Source of the DNA: Nemertoderma westbladi
Lineage: Eukaryota; Animalia; Xenacoelomorpha
DNA: 64,000 nucleotides
Reading direction: 5' to 3'
Assembly: GCA_032718475.1 (NCBI GenBank)
Contig: JAUCBJ010000448.1
Location: forward strand, 1 to 64,000
Below the pieces are notes generated by a model that was given only the letters and a program-made list of their open reading frames with translations, was not told where the DNA came from and made no database searches. The translations under genes and the position numbers were made by a program. How positions within the stretch are numbered: position 1 is the stretch's first letter; each line of letters begins with the position of its first letter. Of the stretch, positions 63,226-64,000 are shown piece by piece.

Positions 63226-64000
63226 ATGGGCCGTTCACCGACAGGTATAATGTCCGTAGGACTACTTACATCACTCTGGCCGCGATCCCGTCGACGGCGA
63301 CCTAGCTGAACTGGCTTCGGAAAATTAGAGATAGCCTTTTTGAGAGAATAGAAGGTTTTCTCGAGAACTAGGCAAAAACCACCAATAAAATGTTCCTAGA
63401 CCCCCCCCTAAAATTTAATTACAAGACTTTTAGTGAAACTCGGCGACTCGTGAATCTCGACGGTTCTCCGGCTAGGGCCAATTTGAGGCGAAAAAACTGG
63501 TTCCTTGGCAACTGCCGTTGCTATGCAAAAATCTCAAGAACCGCTAACGCTACGGACTCGGGACCGACGCCAAACTGTAGGCAGCATATGGGTTTACCTT
63601 CACAATTTAGTTTTTGGAGCGAACCGATCATGATCTTGGCCGCGATCAGCAAAGATCAGTTTTGATCAGCAATCGGACACTCAAGGCTTGCTCCAATCGA
63701 AAAACTTAACATTACAAAAAGATTCAGCGACCCCACATTAGTTATGATTCCCGTTAAAAAAATTTAAAAAAAGTGAATTCTTCCTGGTCAAAACGCAAGA
63801 TCCGGATCGCGCAAAGATCGGACTTTGTAAAATCGTAACTAAGCATTTTGGATATAAACAATTACTGTAAGAAACGTTCAGAACACCGCCCTGAGTCAAT
63901 TAAAAAAAAAATTGGCTCGATCGGACAACCGGTTCTCGAGATATGCTTCCTGATCGAAAAAGATCGTGTTTTTTGGTTTTTTCCAATTTTCTCGAAAACT
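63226..64000 (+). mobile_element. Unit 14, family A-type start (truncated by window end)
   Basis: Follows junction 63218-63225. The start of its body matches unit 2. Confidence 0.75.

Overview
Eukaryotic, AT-rich window (probably animal; host not determinable) with no ordinary host gene. The whole window is a gap-free head-to-tail array of 14 related units, all fused at one invariant junction: AAGTGCCCC(C)ACTC-GGCTAYARA-GAGT hairpin ... CTGGATGT. Twelve complete units are non-coding and fall into three sequence families (A, B, C) and two size classes (about 2.11-2.22 kb and about 4.20-4.22 kb). One unit is truncated by the window end. One unit (34076-63225, 29.15 kb) looks autonomous. It carries a predicted 3-exon, about 2849-aa gene (CCHC knuckle, OTU protease, Cys-rich region, HUH/Y2 Rep, Pif1-type helicase, SLX1-like GIY-YIG nuclease), a minus-strand SGNH hydrolase ORF and several minisatellites, and it shares both ends with family A. 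Best reading (inference): a divergent Helitron/Helentron-like rolling-circle element that, with its size-constrained satellite derivatives, integrates into its own end junction and builds a mixed cassette array. Domain calls rest on motif reading only; no database search was run.
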